From a virus (Duplodnaviria > Heunggongvirae > Uroviricota > Caudoviricetes): DNA of 36,346 bases. A program made the position numbers and the translations under genes. Of the stretch, positions 19,125 through 29,280 are shown one piece after another. The stretch's first letter is position 1, and every line of letters starts with the position of its first letter. Under the pieces are notes generated by a model. It searched no databases. It was not told the origin of the DNA and saw only the letters and a list, made by a program, of their open reading frames with translations. Where the stretch lies: positions 1-36,346 of the IMG/VR virus record IMGVR_UViG_2529292882_000022; one strand, written 5' to 3'.

Positions 19125-19594
19125 TATTTTTTAACCTTAATATTTCGCTTTGTGCTGGGCGGATTTTCCTGTTCAGTGTTAATCGCTTCCCCGGTGATTT
19201 CCATTTCAATACCACCCGGTTGAGGTTTTTCGCCACTCTGAATCACTGCCTGATCCACTGCGTTATTCAGCGATACGGCGCTGGCTGCGAGAATTTCTTC
19301 TGACAGGGATTCCAGATTTTCCGTTTTCTGCTCCGCGCAATCCTCAATGCGACCGACGCTCACAGGTTTATCGATGGAATAGCAGATACCGGAAAAATTC
19401 TTGTCCACCTTGTCACAACGCTGGAATCCGTAAGGCTCATGCTGTCGGATGATGTGGTCGATAATATCGGACTGATTTTCGATCATATGCTGACGTCCGG
19501 ACGGAATTGTCACACCGAACGACTGCGTTTTTTCGGGGAGTTTGTAGTTGAACGTGTGCGGCTGACGTGAGCAGTTAGCGATGTAGAGCTTCAT
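19124..19594 (-). CDS. hypothetical structural protein (about 157 aa)
   Basis: Track start 19636 lies inside a terminator hairpin; ATG at 19594 (MKLYIANCS...) downstream of that hairpin is the likelier start. Confidence 0.35.
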   Translation of the reverse strand: MKLYIANCSRQPHTFNYKLPEKTQSFGVTIPSGRQHMIENQSDIIDHIIRQHEPYGFQRCDKVDKNFSGICYSIDKPVSVGRIEDCAEQKTENLESLSEEILAASAVSLNNAVDQAVIQSGEKPQPGGIEMEITGEAINTEQENPPSTKRNIKVKK

Positions 19595-19607
19595 AAATTT
19601 TTCCCAC

Positions 19608-19632
19608 AAAAAAGGGGAGCATTTAGCTCCCC
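19608..19632 (-). terminator. rho-independent terminator after the major capsid gene
   Basis: Minus-strand GGGGAGC-TAAAT-GCTCCCC followed by TTTTTT, directly downstream of the capsid stop at 19652. Confidence 0.55.
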
Positions 19633-19651
19633 GCATTATCAGATTGAACGT

Positions 19652-20680
19652 TTATGCGTATTTGGCAGACAACAGGGTGATCCCCTCAGGGCGGAAGTTC
19701 CAGCCCGGCGTCGCGCGCATCGTATACAACGTGGTCAGGCCGCCATCCGGCATAGGGGACGGAATTTCCGTCGGCGCTGCCATATCACAGAACATCACGT
19801 TGACGGCCTGCTGGTTAGGTACCAGCGTGGAGAAAATATTGGTGTTAATGGTGTGACGCGCTTCCGGAACCTCAATCGTCGGGTTCGTAACGATGATCAG
19901 GTCATTACCACCAGCGCCTTTACCGATCAGCGTGTCATCCTGGCAGAAAATGATGTCGTCGCCTGTCGCCTTATCGGCGACGTCTTTAACCATCGTTCCC
20001 ACCGTTCCGGTACCACCACCAGGACGCTGGTAACTGGTCAGCTCAACAATTCCTGTCCACTCCAGCGCCTTCATGAATCGCTGTGGGCTCAGAATAACAG
20101 TCGTTAATGGCTGCCCCAGCAGCAACATGCGGGTTTTCTGGTCAGCAATCAGGCCAAGCATAAATTTAGCCATCTCGCCGGAATCCCAGGTGGTGTATGA
20201 ATCGTTACCTTTGCTGTCGTTGCCCAGATTCAGTGTCACTGCATTCGGGGAGTTGGTGATCCCTTCGTTATTCTTCGCTTCAACACCGTACAGCAGCATA
20301 TTACGCAACATTTGAGCGTGTCCCTGGCGGTTAGCCAGGCGCAGGCCTTCAATCAGAGAATAGCCCCAGCGATCTGCTGCATCAGTATCGAGATAGCTGT
20401 ATTGCGAGCGGGAAGAAATTCGGTAAGTCATCATCCCGTCATAGCCACCAGAGATACTGGAAGACGGTAACTGGCCCGGCAGAGACTGGCTGACCTGCGC
20501 CTGCGAGGTCATGCGCAGATATTTCTGATAGACCATCAAATCACTGGAACTGATTTTTACTGCCGGAGCACCACCAGCCAGGACTTCAAACGCACCGGAA
20601 GCCATGCTCTGTTGCACGATCATTTCCGGCAGCACCATTGACGGCGACACAATAGTAGTCGCAGGAGTAAATGCGCTCAT
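19652..20680 (-). CDS. major capsid protein, putative
   Basis: 342-aa ORF downstream of the scaffold-like genes and followed by a strong terminator; call by synteny. Confidence 0.55.
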   Translation of the reverse strand: MSAFTPATTIVSPSMVLPEMIVQQSMASGAFEVLAGGAPAVKISSSDLMVYQKYLRMTSQAQVSQSLPGQLPSSSISGGYDGMMTYRISSRSQYSYLDTDAADRWGYSLIEGLRLANRQGHAQMLRNMLLYGVEAKNNEGITNSPNAVTLNLGNDSKGNDSYTTWDSGEMAKFMLGLIADQKTRMLLLGQPLTTVILSPQRFMKALEWTGIVELTSYQRPGGGTGTVGTMVKDVADKATGDDIIFCQDDTLIGKGAGGNDLIIVTNPTIEVPEARHTINTNIFSTLVPNQQAVNVMFCDMAAPTEIPSPMPDGGLTTLYTMRATPGWNFRPEGITLLSAKYA

Positions 20681-20694
20681 TAATTAATATCCCC

Positions 20695-21312
20695 TTAAAT
20701 TAAAAACAGGCCGCACGGTTTGCCGATTTCCCAGACAACGTTACCGCCATCCTCTTTTTTCACCGTCAGGTTTCCGTCAACTGAAACCATCAGCAGCTTA
20801 ATATCCACTTTCGGATTAGTGCCGGGTGATCCCGAATAAACATCAACCATGTTTTTCGTCAGATCCCACACAAAACCACTGGCAGCAACGGTGTTATTTC
20901 CATCAGCCAGCGCAACAACTTCTGCACTGACAGGGAGAGGAATGCGGGCACCTGAACCGACGCGGTAATAGTGAACAAAGCCACCCGCGAGATATAACGG
21001 CACCGGATTATCCGGCGTGGTAATGCCATGAAATGCCTGATTAAAGACTGTAAATGCGTTACAGGCGTCCTTCGTGGCCTGCTTGATAACCGCCCCGTTA
21101 ACGCTGTCTTTCGCGGGAGCGATGCACTCAATAACACCGACACCACCCCATACCGGTTCACTGATTTTGCTGTCCAGTCGTCCGGAGCAAAGTTGCAGAC
21201 GAATTGCCGGATCATCCTGCGCATCCCCCTGCATCAGCCCACGGGATTCGACGTTAAAAAGGCCACCAAATGCTCCACGGTTTTTAAACGGATGAAAGTT
21301 AATATCAGCCAT
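20695..21312 (-). CDS. head protein (205 aa; decoration or scaffold-associated), putative
   Basis: Position between scaffold-like gene and major capsid gene. Confidence 0.35.
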   Translation of the reverse strand: MADINFHPFKNRGAFGGLFNVESRGLMQGDAQDDPAIRLQLCSGRLDSKISEPVWGGVGVIECIAPAKDSVNGAVIKQATKDACNAFTVFNQAFHGITTPDNPVPLYLAGGFVHYYRVGSGARIPLPVSAEVVALADGNNTVAASGFVWDLTKNMVDVYSGSPGTNPKVDIKLLMVSVDGNLTVKKEDGGNVVWEIGKPCGLFLI

Positions 21313-22627
21313 TGTTCAGGCTCCCTTGAGTGTTAATTTTTGCCAGACGACGCCCCGGAATTTTGAAGGCACTCAGCCAGACGTTCGGATCGCCCTGATA
21401 TTCAGTAATGCGACGCCCGGCTTCATCGTTACGGATACGTTTATGCAGTTGCCCCTGCGTACTCATCATTTCTTTTTCGATGGACTGACGGGCGGCACTG
21501 AAAATTGCGTCCTCAAGCACAGCCAGCGTTGCAGAATCCGCAATCGCGCGAATATTGACGTCCTTATGTGCTGGAGAGTGTTTCTGCATAGCGATTAGCG
21601 CACGCTTGCGGTAGTCCAGCGCATTTTCACCAGAAAACGGTGCTGGCGCGTTTTTACCGCAGGCACTGAATGCGGAGTCGGCTTTTGCCTGCGCTTCTGC
21701 CAGGGCAGAATCATTGCGTTCTTTTTCTGCCTCCTCGTCGGCCTTACGCTGTTCTTCTGCTTCGGAATCAGCCTTTGCTTTCTCCTCAGCATCTTTGGCT
21801 GCTGCCTCGTCAGCTTTGGCTTTTTCTTCCGCCTCCTTTGCCGCAGCTTCATCAGCTTTACGCTGTTCCTCTGCGGCTTCATCGGCTTTGGCCTTTTCTT
21901 CGGCCTCTTTTTTCGCCTGCTCTTCGGCATCCGCCCGCGCTTTGTCCCGCTGCTCCAGTGAGTCCATGCGCGTAACGACACCATCGATTTTCTGATTAAT
22001 GCCTTGCAGGGCATCGCTCACAACCCCCTGTAACAGGGCCTGGAGTTCTTCTTTTTCCATCTCGATTTCACCTGTGTTTGTCACTTCAACCCCTGCGGGG
22101 ATCCGGTCTTTATCCCACACGCCCAGCGAGCCGTGGGCTTTCGTCACCAGGGCGATGTGATCAACCAGGAAAGGAACGCCCTCGATTAAAAAATTGGTGT
22201 CACCTTCCTGTACTTCCACATTTCCTGATGTGCTGTTGAACACCACCGACGGGCTTGTCGAAACATCCCCCTCAGCGATTTCTTCAACAATGCTCTGGAG
22301 GTAAACGCGGCACACCGCCCATACCTCATCACCCCGGATATACGGCAGCATGACGCTACCGACGATCCGCGATTTAAAATCCTCCTCCGTCAGAACTGCG
22401 TCGTCAGGATGGTTTGCGATAACCGGAAGGCCATTGCATCGCCTTAAAAACTCCTCGTTCAGATAGAGCTTTGGATCACGCCAGACGTGCTCTTTCAGCC
22501 CGGCGCGATAGGCAAGCCCGGTTCCGGTTATTCGCAAATTCACCAGCCACATGTTGGAGAATTTCACCGGAGACGGTACGGTTCCGTCCCTGATGCGTTC
22601 TGCCACTTCAAGCTCGGTTAAACTCAC
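21305..22627 (-). CDS. scaffold protein with acidic/lysine-rich repeats (possible N-terminal protease-like domain)
   Basis: Central low-complexity repeats (EEKAKADEAA..., EEQRKADE...), typical coiled-coil scaffold character; lies between head morphogenesis and capsid genes. Confidence 0.5.
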   Translation of the reverse strand: MSLTELEVAERIRDGTVPSPVKFSNMWLVNLRITGTGLAYRAGLKEHVWRDPKLYLNEEFLRRCNGLPVIANHPDDAVLTEEDFKSRIVGSVMLPYIRGDEVWAVCRVYLQSIVEEIAEGDVSTSPSVVFNSTSGNVEVQEGDTNFLIEGVPFLVDHIALVTKAHGSLGVWDKDRIPAGVEVTNTGEIEMEKEELQALLQGVVSDALQGINQKIDGVVTRMDSLEQRDKARADAEEQAKKEAEEKAKADEAAEEQRKADEAAAKEAEEKAKADEAAAKDAEEKAKADSEAEEQRKADEEAEKERNDSALAEAQAKADSAFSACGKNAPAPFSGENALDYRKRALIAMQKHSPAHKDVNIRAIADSATLAVLEDAIFSAARQSIEKEMMSTQGQLHKRIRNDEAGRRITEYQGDPNVWLSAFKIPGRRLAKINTQGSLNNG

Positions 22628-23441
22628 GTTTGCCCTTCTCCGTTAAAAATTCGTCGGGTAGTTTCTGAGGGGCGTAGATCGGCAGTGCATCGCAACTGCA
22701 ATAAACCTCCTCCCCGGCAGCAGTGATTTCGTCATAAAAACCATATACGGGCTTAATCAGCCCCTGCTCCAGCGCCCACGAATCGCGGAGGAGATAAATT
22801 TTCTCGTCGCGCTCTTTGTGGTCCTGTCGGTATTTGTAGCCCGGACGCCGCCAGTTAGAATGCCAGCGCAGAGCAATCGCTCCACTCTGAACAGCCAGCA
22901 GATACTTAACGTTGCTTGCCAGCTTATGCCCCTGGTCAATTGCCACCCGACGACTGATAAAATCCATATCCTTCAGGGATTTCTGAAACCCGGCCTTCAC
23001 TTCCCGGCGATCAATTTCGCTCACCCCGTCAGGCGGAATGGACGTAACCCAACCCTGAAAACGCTGTATGGTTTTCTCGATGGCCTGTTCTCGGTTGAGT
23101 TTTATCAGGTTGGCACTGGCGAAAATTCGCCTGTCGAGTTCCTTGCGAAACTCAGGTTTCAGTTTTTCAACAGTGATTTTTTTAGGGCCGTCAGGAGGCT
23201 GATCCCGTAATGCCCCGCCGTCGATGACAAGACGGCTGTAGATAGCGGTGAGGTGTTTTCTGGCTACGGTATCATCAGGGGTTTCTCGTTGAGCGGCTAC
23301 ACGGAGTTTCCGGCACCATTCGAGCAATGATTTTTCGCTATCCCACCCGTGATTTACGTAGTAGTTAACGGCATCCGTCAGAACCTCATACAGCGTCCTG
23401 ATCCGTTTCTTCTTCCTCACCGCCCGGCTGGAAATTGCCAT
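22608..23441 (-). CDS. head morphogenesis / minor head protein, putative
   Basis: Follows the portal gene; track start 23579 overlaps the portal by ~190 nt, whereas ATG at 23441 has an AGGAG upstream and gives MAISSRAV... Confidence 0.4.
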   Translation of the reverse strand: MAISSRAVRKKKRIRTLYEVLTDAVNYYVNHGWDSEKSLLEWCRKLRVAAQRETPDDTVARKHLTAIYSRLVIDGGALRDQPPDGPKKITVEKLKPEFRKELDRRIFASANLIKLNREQAIEKTIQRFQGWVTSIPPDGVSEIDRREVKAGFQKSLKDMDFISRRVAIDQGHKLASNVKYLLAVQSGAIALRWHSNWRRPGYKYRQDHKERDEKIYLLRDSWALEQGLIKPVYGFYDEITAAGEEVYCSCDALPIYAPQKLPDEFLTEKGKREFNRA

Positions 23442-24825
23442 CAGGCGTCTCCTGCTTCGGTGGTTCATAATTCGCCAGCGCGTCCACATCAATGATGAGT
23501 GGAGCTTCGCCATAGGTTTGCGTGGCATTAACAAGGCTTGCCAGCCATTCAGTGACGGCGGCACGGTTTTCAGGATCAACCTGTGGCGACACGGCAGAGA
23601 AAAGTGCTATCGCCTGTTGAATCACTTTACTATCGCTTTCCCGGCGTTTGTCCGGCGACTCCTCCACCAGCTCCTGCCATGTCGCGGTAAATTCACGTCG
23701 CCACTGGTAAAACGTGGTTTTATAGTCATCAGTTATGATGTCCGGGTAATCATTTTTCAGCGACTGATAAAATTCCTCGTTCCAGGCGATGTACTGCACC
23801 AGGCGTTCGAAATAATCCATCACGGGTTCAATCTGCTGGCGTACACCATCGATATACTGGCTGATGGCTTTCGAATCTTCGGTCCCCTCACCGAAACCAT
23901 TCGAAAAGGCTTCCTCTTTGATGAGGATCGCCGGAACGTCACTCCCTGACGCAATATCGGAAATAATATTGTCGCGTGCAGCGTTTAGCGCACCATCGAT
24001 GTTTTGTAGATTTAGCGAGGTAACGTCCTCATCCTTCCCGATACTAAGCACACCTTTATTTTTTGCCTCTTTGACGTTTTCCCTTTTTCGTCCCGTGGCG
24101 GCAGCCATGATCCCGTCAAGTTTCGAACCGTACTGCACAACTTTAGCTACCAGTACGCCCGCCTTCTGGCTGACGAGATCATTCGCCTCCATCGTGTTGA
24201 TATAGGATTTCAGGGAATAAAGAACGCGCTGAAACACACTTCGTCCGGTGAATCCGAACGATGAACTCTGAAACTCCAGATAAATCGGTGTGCCGTTGAA
24301 GATTTTCAGTGTGCGTGACGGATGCCAGTCTTTCCCACCAATCTTCAGTTTTTTATTGGCTTCCTGGAAAAACGGGCTGTTGGGGTTCTGGTCAGTCACC
24401 ATCGAACCGGAAGCGTTCAACGGGTCCCACGCGTTGATATACACGTCATCTTCTGTCAGTCCGAACGTCGGAAGCGGTTCACGACATGGAACGCTGTCGG
24501 TGCCCACGCCGATCGCTGCAGCACCGTAGCAACGAGACAGAAAAAACAGATTTTTAATCTTCTCGTTGACCTTCATGCGTTCCCATACCTCCTGAAAACG
24601 CCTCACAACCCTCTCGTCAGGGTCTGTCTCCACGTTATACTGGCGCGGCTTACACATCGCCATCAGTATGGGTTTTTCGACAAGTTTTCCGCCCAGAGGA
24701 TGGAATTGCCACAGCTGCTTACACAATTCATAGCCAATGTCGGTTCCCGGCTGAATTTCTTCAGCCTCAAGAATATGCATCAGTGCTGAACCGAGGCCGC
24801 CAGTAATCTCGATCTCTGCCATCAA
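23386..24825 (-). CDS. portal protein, putative
   Basis: 479-aa ORF immediately downstream of the large terminase gene; size and position typical of portals. Confidence 0.6.
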   Translation of the reverse strand: MMAEIEITGGLGSALMHILEAEEIQPGTDIGYELCKQLWQFHPLGGKLVEKPILMAMCKPRQYNVETDPDERVVRRFQEVWERMKVNEKIKNLFFLSRCYGAAAIGVGTDSVPCREPLPTFGLTEDDVYINAWDPLNASGSMVTDQNPNSPFFQEANKKLKIGGKDWHPSRTLKIFNGTPIYLEFQSSSFGFTGRSVFQRVLYSLKSYINTMEANDLVSQKAGVLVAKVVQYGSKLDGIMAAATGRKRENVKEAKNKGVLSIGKDEDVTSLNLQNIDGALNAARDNIISDIASGSDVPAILIKEEAFSNGFGEGTEDSKAISQYIDGVRQQIEPVMDYFERLVQYIAWNEEFYQSLKNDYPDIITDDYKTTFYQWRREFTATWQELVEESPDKRRESDSKVIQQAIALFSAVSPQVDPENRAAVTEWLASLVNATQTYGEAPLIIDVDALANYEPPKQETPDGNFQPGGEEEETDQDAV

Positions 24826-24840
24826 AAATATCCTGATTTT

Positions 24841-26169
24841 TTACAACGCCGCGTAATTACCGTGCGCGATAATCAATCCATAGGTATAACAATCGAAAAG
24901 GTCATCAGCACGTTTATGCGCGTCTTTGTCTGCCAGGTGGAACCCGGCGATTTGTTTAATGAGGTGGTTTGCGGTGGTACGTTTGAATGAAACGGTCTTG
25001 TCGTAAGCCTCCCGGACGATTTTGCACATCCCCTGATAGTGGTAGCTGGATGCCATCACCGCCCGTTCGTCTTTACCTTTGCTGGTCAGTGCCGATTTAA
25101 TCGGCGTCATATCCCAGCCTTCGGTTTCCGCCTTCTGGTTGAGGATTGCCCCCATCGCGGCGTCTTCCATAAAAATTCCCTGGCTGCCCAGACGCGGACG
25201 GCATAATTTCGCGAGGCGCTCGAGGTTGTCATAAACGCCGGGGATATATTCAGGAAGCAATGACGCTTTAATTTGCGTCACATCCCAGTCAATAATCGTC
25301 AGTTTTGGCTCGTCCGAATACGTTGACTCATAAGCGAAATACACCACGCCAGTACCATCATTTTCGGTCCCGCCTTTCAGCGCCGTATCCATCACTGCGA
25401 AAATCATGTCGCAGTACGGCGGCATCTCAATTGGTTGACCGTCCACCAGCAGCTTATCGACATCGAGTAACGCGTCTTTGGACCAGTCTACGAACTCTGC
25501 AAGATATTCCTGCTGCCAGACGCGCGGATCGGATTTCTTCTCCGTTTCCTCCAGTTCTTCTTTCGGAATATACGGATTCGATGAAGTTGGCGCATGGTGC
25601 ATAACAAATCCCAGGGATTCATCGTGGCATATCGCGTAGAAAAAATTGCTCTCGTCGATACCGTTTGGTGTGGAAAATACCCACGCACAGCCACGGTAAT
25701 CGACAAGCGTCGGGCGTATCGCTCGGGGCCAGATTTCCTCGAGCATTTCCGGCGATTTAGTGAATGCGGCCTCATCAATCAGCACAGCGTGATATTTACG
25801 CCCACGCCCGGCCAGTTTGTTATTGTCCGTTACCCAAAAGTCGATGCGCCCCCCATTGCGGAGAATGATGCGCTTTTCATTTTTTGACTGACTGAGGATC
25901 AGCGGTTGCAGAACGGCGCTAATTTCATCCCAGATTTCCTGGTACTGGCGGTATTGCGCGGTAAAAATCCCCACCCTACCCGCGATAAGTTGCCCGGTGG
26001 TAGGAACGGCAAATTTCCGCGTAGCGAAACTGGTAGCGATGTTCACCAGCATCACCGTTTTACCCCAGCGACGACCACAGCATACCGCGTGGAAGCGTTC
26101 TTCTATTGCCGCCGTCCATGCAGCTATTTGCCCCTCATGAGGTTTTGGGAGATAGATTTCAATCGACAT
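24841..26169 (-). CDS. terminase large subunit
   Basis: N-terminal Walker A-like CGRRWGKT, acidic ...VLIDEAAF... Walker B-like segment, 442 aa, followed by portal. Confidence 0.7.
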   Translation of the reverse strand: MSIEIYLPKPHEGQIAAWTAAIEERFHAVCCGRRWGKTVMLVNIATSFATRKFAVPTTGQLIAGRVGIFTAQYRQYQEIWDEISAVLQPLILSQSKNEKRIILRNGGRIDFWVTDNNKLAGRGRKYHAVLIDEAAFTKSPEMLEEIWPRAIRPTLVDYRGCAWVFSTPNGIDESNFFYAICHDESLGFVMHHAPTSSNPYIPKEELEETEKKSDPRVWQQEYLAEFVDWSKDALLDVDKLLVDGQPIEMPPYCDMIFAVMDTALKGGTENDGTGVVYFAYESTYSDEPKLTIIDWDVTQIKASLLPEYIPGVYDNLERLAKLCRPRLGSQGIFMEDAAMGAILNQKAETEGWDMTPIKSALTSKGKDERAVMASSYHYQGMCKIVREAYDKTVSFKRTTANHLIKQIAGFHLADKDAHKRADDLFDCYTYGLIIAHGNYAAL

Positions 26170-27250
26170 TATCCACTCCCGGCATCGGCAGAGAGTTGTG
26201 GATAATTATTTCGTTATTCTCACCACCCACGCCTTTTTTGAGGTTTTCAATCTCAGTGCGCAGCTTTTCGTTGCGAAGCCTCAGTCCTTCAAGCTCCAGA
26301 TCATTGCGACTGTCAGTTGCACCACCAGCAGAACTTCCTTTCGTCGCCATTATCAGCTTGATAAGTTCGCGCCGGGCGGCAGCCTTATCCTCCAGCAGGA
26401 TCTCAACACCAAATTTCCCGAGCTTTGCCCCTGCATATAATTGCCGCGCCTCCCCATCAAGCAGAGTGGTATCAGCCATATAAAGCTGCCCCGTTCCCTC
26501 ACCGCAGCACTTCGGGCAGTCCGGATTGGGTATGGCGTTATCAACAAAGCCGAGGCCTCCATATTCCGGCTCGGGTTTGCCATCTCTGGAGGCCTGTGCC
26601 GCTGCCTTATCGAATTCTGCAATATCACGCCACTGGTAGAGATGATTCTCGCCCCAGCAATAACGGCAGTTAACACGGCGAAATTGTGCCAACTGATTGG
26701 GGTCGGCCTGGACAATAGCCATCAACTGGCTCACCAGTAAATCCAGATCTGCGGTATAGCGTTTCTGGTACTGATTGCGGAAGTAGCTAATGGCACGATA
26801 AACCCTGGCATTTCTAAGCATACGGCTGGCGTTGCTGTTAGCTGTCGCACCTTGCCCCTCATAACCAGCCAGTCGGTATGCCTCTGTCGGCTTTTTCCCC
26901 TGAGCAACCAGCATCGCAAACTTAGCCTGCTGGTCAGAAATGCCGAATTCATCGGGACAGAATGAAATTTCCTCTGCGTCGCCCTCATTCAGGCACGCAT
27001 CGGATACTGACTTTTTTATCTGAGATTTTCCGTTCCGCTTTTGCGCAGTCTGCGCAGATTTTTTCTGCGCACTTTTTTGCGCAGTTTTGCGCATTTCTGT
27101 CTGCGCATTTTTCGGAGGTTTTTTGATGTAACGACGGGCTGTTGCGTAATTCAGTCCCCTTGCTTCACACCATGCCACCGGAGATATACCGGAGCGGGTG
27201 TATTCAGCAATATACTCCTGCTGCAACGCCCCCCAGTCCGGTCTGCTCAT
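26159..27250 (-). CDS. terminase small subunit-like DNA-binding protein (with Cys-rich and coiled-coil C-terminal region)
   Basis: N-terminal HTH-like segment; central ...KFAMLVAQGKKPTEAYRLAGYEGQGATANSNASRMLRNARV... resembles the small-terminase signature as remembered; 10-nt overlap with the large terminase gene. Confidence 0.5.
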   Translation of the reverse strand: MSRPDWGALQQEYIAEYTRSGISPVAWCEARGLNYATARRYIKKPPKNAQTEMRKTAQKSAQKKSAQTAQKRNGKSQIKKSVSDACLNEGDAEEISFCPDEFGISDQQAKFAMLVAQGKKPTEAYRLAGYEGQGATANSNASRMLRNARVYRAISYFRNQYQKRYTADLDLLVSQLMAIVQADPNQLAQFRRVNCRYCWGENHLYQWRDIAEFDKAAAQASRDGKPEPEYGGLGFVDNAIPNPDCPKCCGEGTGQLYMADTTLLDGEARQLYAGAKLGKFGVEILLEDKAAARRELIKLIMATKGSSAGGATDSRNDLELEGLRLRNEKLRTEIENLKKGVGGENNEIIIHNSLPMPGVDNVD

Positions 27251-27253
27251 CAG

Positions 27254-27505
27254 TTAGTCCTGATTTTTATCCACCCTGAGTAGTTCGCGCAGGGCAAAGG
27301 CATCCCCTTTTCTGGCAAGCTTAAACAATGCCGCCCGTAGCTCGGCTTCACCTTTCGCTCTGCCCTTACGGATGGACGCATAAAAATTTGTCATTGCTTC
27401 CCGATTTTCTTTCAGTCGGTTCAGATCAACATCCAGAACGTCAGCTATTTGTTGTGCAGTCATCCGGCACGCTGCCAGAGACTCGACTTTCGAATACGGA
27501 ATCAT
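27254..27505 (-). CDS. small hypothetical protein (83 aa)
   Basis: ORF between the GT-A-like gene and the small terminase gene; overlaps the upstream gene end. Confidence 0.3.
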   Translation of the reverse strand: MIPYSKVESLAACRMTAQQIADVLDVDLNRLKENREAMTNFYASIRKGRAKGEAELRAALFKLARKGDAFALRELLRVDKNQD

Positions 27506-28373
27506 TTGTCACCCCCATTGATATGCAGGGTGTCTTCTTCCTGTATTTTTCGTGAAGGATTTTTACTGCAGCGTTGTTCCAGGTGACCTGATGGTGAATG
27601 CGTTTATGGCTGGCACCCATCAGTGAGATTTTTACGCACGACGGCGCATACATGACGGAGTAAAAACTTTTAACGTAGGTTCCGGAATCCAGATACAGCT
27701 CGGTCATTCCGCCGCTGTTTTTCTGCGTCTGTTTCTGCCCTAACTGGACAGCACCGATCGTCATAAACAATTCACCACGGCGACCGAGATTCGTGTACGT
27801 ATTCACATCCTCGTTAATGCGCCCCATGAATGAGAACGGTCGCTCGACCGAACAGATAAAGCTGTTCATTGCCTTGCGTTTCACCCATGAAGCATGGCCG
27901 CCATTGTCACCAAGAAAATCCCCGCCCTGCGACATAGCGATGGAAAGAGCAGGTATTGATTCGTAATACGCCAGCATTTCAGAAAGGATCGCATCCAGTT
28001 TCCTTATCGGAAAATAGGCCTGGTCATAGTTGCGATCCACCCGAAACTGAAACTCGTGATAATCATCATCGAGCTGAATGAAGTATTTACACCCGACCAG
28101 TTTTGCCAGGTCGAAACAGGCATTACGGGCGTAAAAAATTGAGCGGCGGTCACAGAAATTATCGGCTTCGTCAAAACGACTGGCGATATCGGCTTTGGAA
28201 AACACCAGCACCTGTTCACCAAATTCAGCCATGTACTGATGCCGTGTCTTATCTTCATCATCAACAACGATAAAAATTTTCCCGGTATAGCCAGCACGAC
28301 GCAACGTCCGGTAAGTCAGAACTTTGTCCGGTCGCCCGTGAGTCAGAATAAAGGCGCAAAAATCATCACGCAT
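27441..28373 (-). CDS. GT-A-like (DxD-containing) protein of unknown substrate
   Basis: Motifs FILTHGRP, IVVDDEDK and IQLDDDY are reminiscent of a GT-A nucleotide-sugar transferase fold; ATG at 28373 overlaps the ParB-like stop inside a GGAGGAGGAGGA run (translational coupling). Confidence 0.35.
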   Translation of the reverse strand: MRDDFCAFILTHGRPDKVLTYRTLRRAGYTGKIFIVVDDEDKTRHQYMAEFGEQVLVFSKADIASRFDEADNFCDRRSIFYARNACFDLAKLVGCKYFIQLDDDYHEFQFRVDRNYDQAYFPIRKLDAILSEMLAYYESIPALSIAMSQGGDFLGDNGGHASWVKRKAMNSFICSVERPFSFMGRINEDVNTYTNLGRRGELFMTIGAVQLGQKQTQKNSGGMTELYLDSGTYVKSFYSVMYAPSCVKISLMGASHKRIHHQVTWNNAAVKILHEKYRKKTPCISMGVTNDSVFESRVSGSVPDDCTTNS

Positions 28374-29157
28374 ATTCCTCCTCCTCACCACCATGCATGA
28401 TCTCCACCATGCGCTGCGTCATCCGGACAAATCCATTTTCAATAGCCTGCTGATAATCAATGATCACCAGTGCCGACTCCTCGAAAAAACACTGAATTTC
28501 AGCGGGGGCGTGAGCGTAATAGTCCGCAATTCTGCTGAAATTAAACACTGTGTGGCGTTCTGCCGCACACAGGAGGAATTTTTCGATATCAGGATCAAGG
28601 GACGCCGAACGTATCCGGCTGACCAGCTCCTGAGTTTTCGTATCGTCGTACAGTTCGCCGATATCCGGTTTATCGCCTGACGGCTCATAAACAGGTGTAT
28701 CAATTTTCGTCGTATACGGCTCCTCCTCATTTTCTGTACCGGGCAAAACATCCGTCAACAGTTCATCAATTTCTGTCGGGCTGAAGCCTGTCAGGGAGAC
28801 ATCAAAATCAGCATTGATTAGGTCCGACAGCTCCATCCGTAACAGATCTTCATCCCAGCCAGCATTCATCGGCAGGCGATTATCTGCCAGGCGGTACGCC
28901 TTTTTCTGATCATCCATCAAACCAGACAGAACGATGACCGGAATGGAATCCATTTTGAGCACTTCAGCCGCCATAACGCGACCGTGACCAGCAATAATTT
29001 CGCCCTTTTCATCAATCAGCACCGGATTAGTCCAGCCGAATTGCTTAATGCTTTCTACCAGTTGTGCCACCTGCTCAGTGCTGTGTGTCCTGGCGTTGTG
29101 TGCATACGGAGACAGTTCTTGTAAAGGGCGATAGACGATCTTCAATTTCTCGCTCAT
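28366..29157 (-). CDS. ParB-like nuclease domain protein
   Basis: N-terminal ...KIVYRPLQELSPYAHNARTH...PVLID..GEIIAGHGRVMAA... matches the ParB/sulfiredoxin-like N-terminal domain pattern; acidic C-terminus. Confidence 0.6.
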   Translation of the reverse strand: MSEKLKIVYRPLQELSPYAHNARTHSTEQVAQLVESIKQFGWTNPVLIDEKGEIIAGHGRVMAAEVLKMDSIPVIVLSGLMDDQKKAYRLADNRLPMNAGWDEDLLRMELSDLINADFDVSLTGFSPTEIDELLTDVLPGTENEEEPYTTKIDTPVYEPSGDKPDIGELYDDTKTQELVSRIRSASLDPDIEKFLLCAAERHTVFNFSRIADYYAHAPAEIQCFFEESALVIIDYQQAIENGFVRMTQRMVEIMHGGEEEEYA

Positions 29158-29280
29158 ACAGACTCGCTTTATGAATAAAAAAGCCCGCTATCGGCCAGTG
29201 CGCTGGGTGCGCGGCGGGTGCTGATAACGAGCTTTGACATTATCGCAGCCCCTCACACTGAAGGGCTGCTGTAATGCCTG

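Noticed and set aside
21595-22014. Alternative-frame ORFs (21595..22014 minus, 21670..21975 plus, 21714..21995 plus) over the scaffold repeat region
   Set aside because: They arise from the low-complexity repeats (KADEAA-type) of the scaffold gene; translations are homopolymeric-like (K/R/P-rich or A/S-rich) and nested within the stronger ORF.
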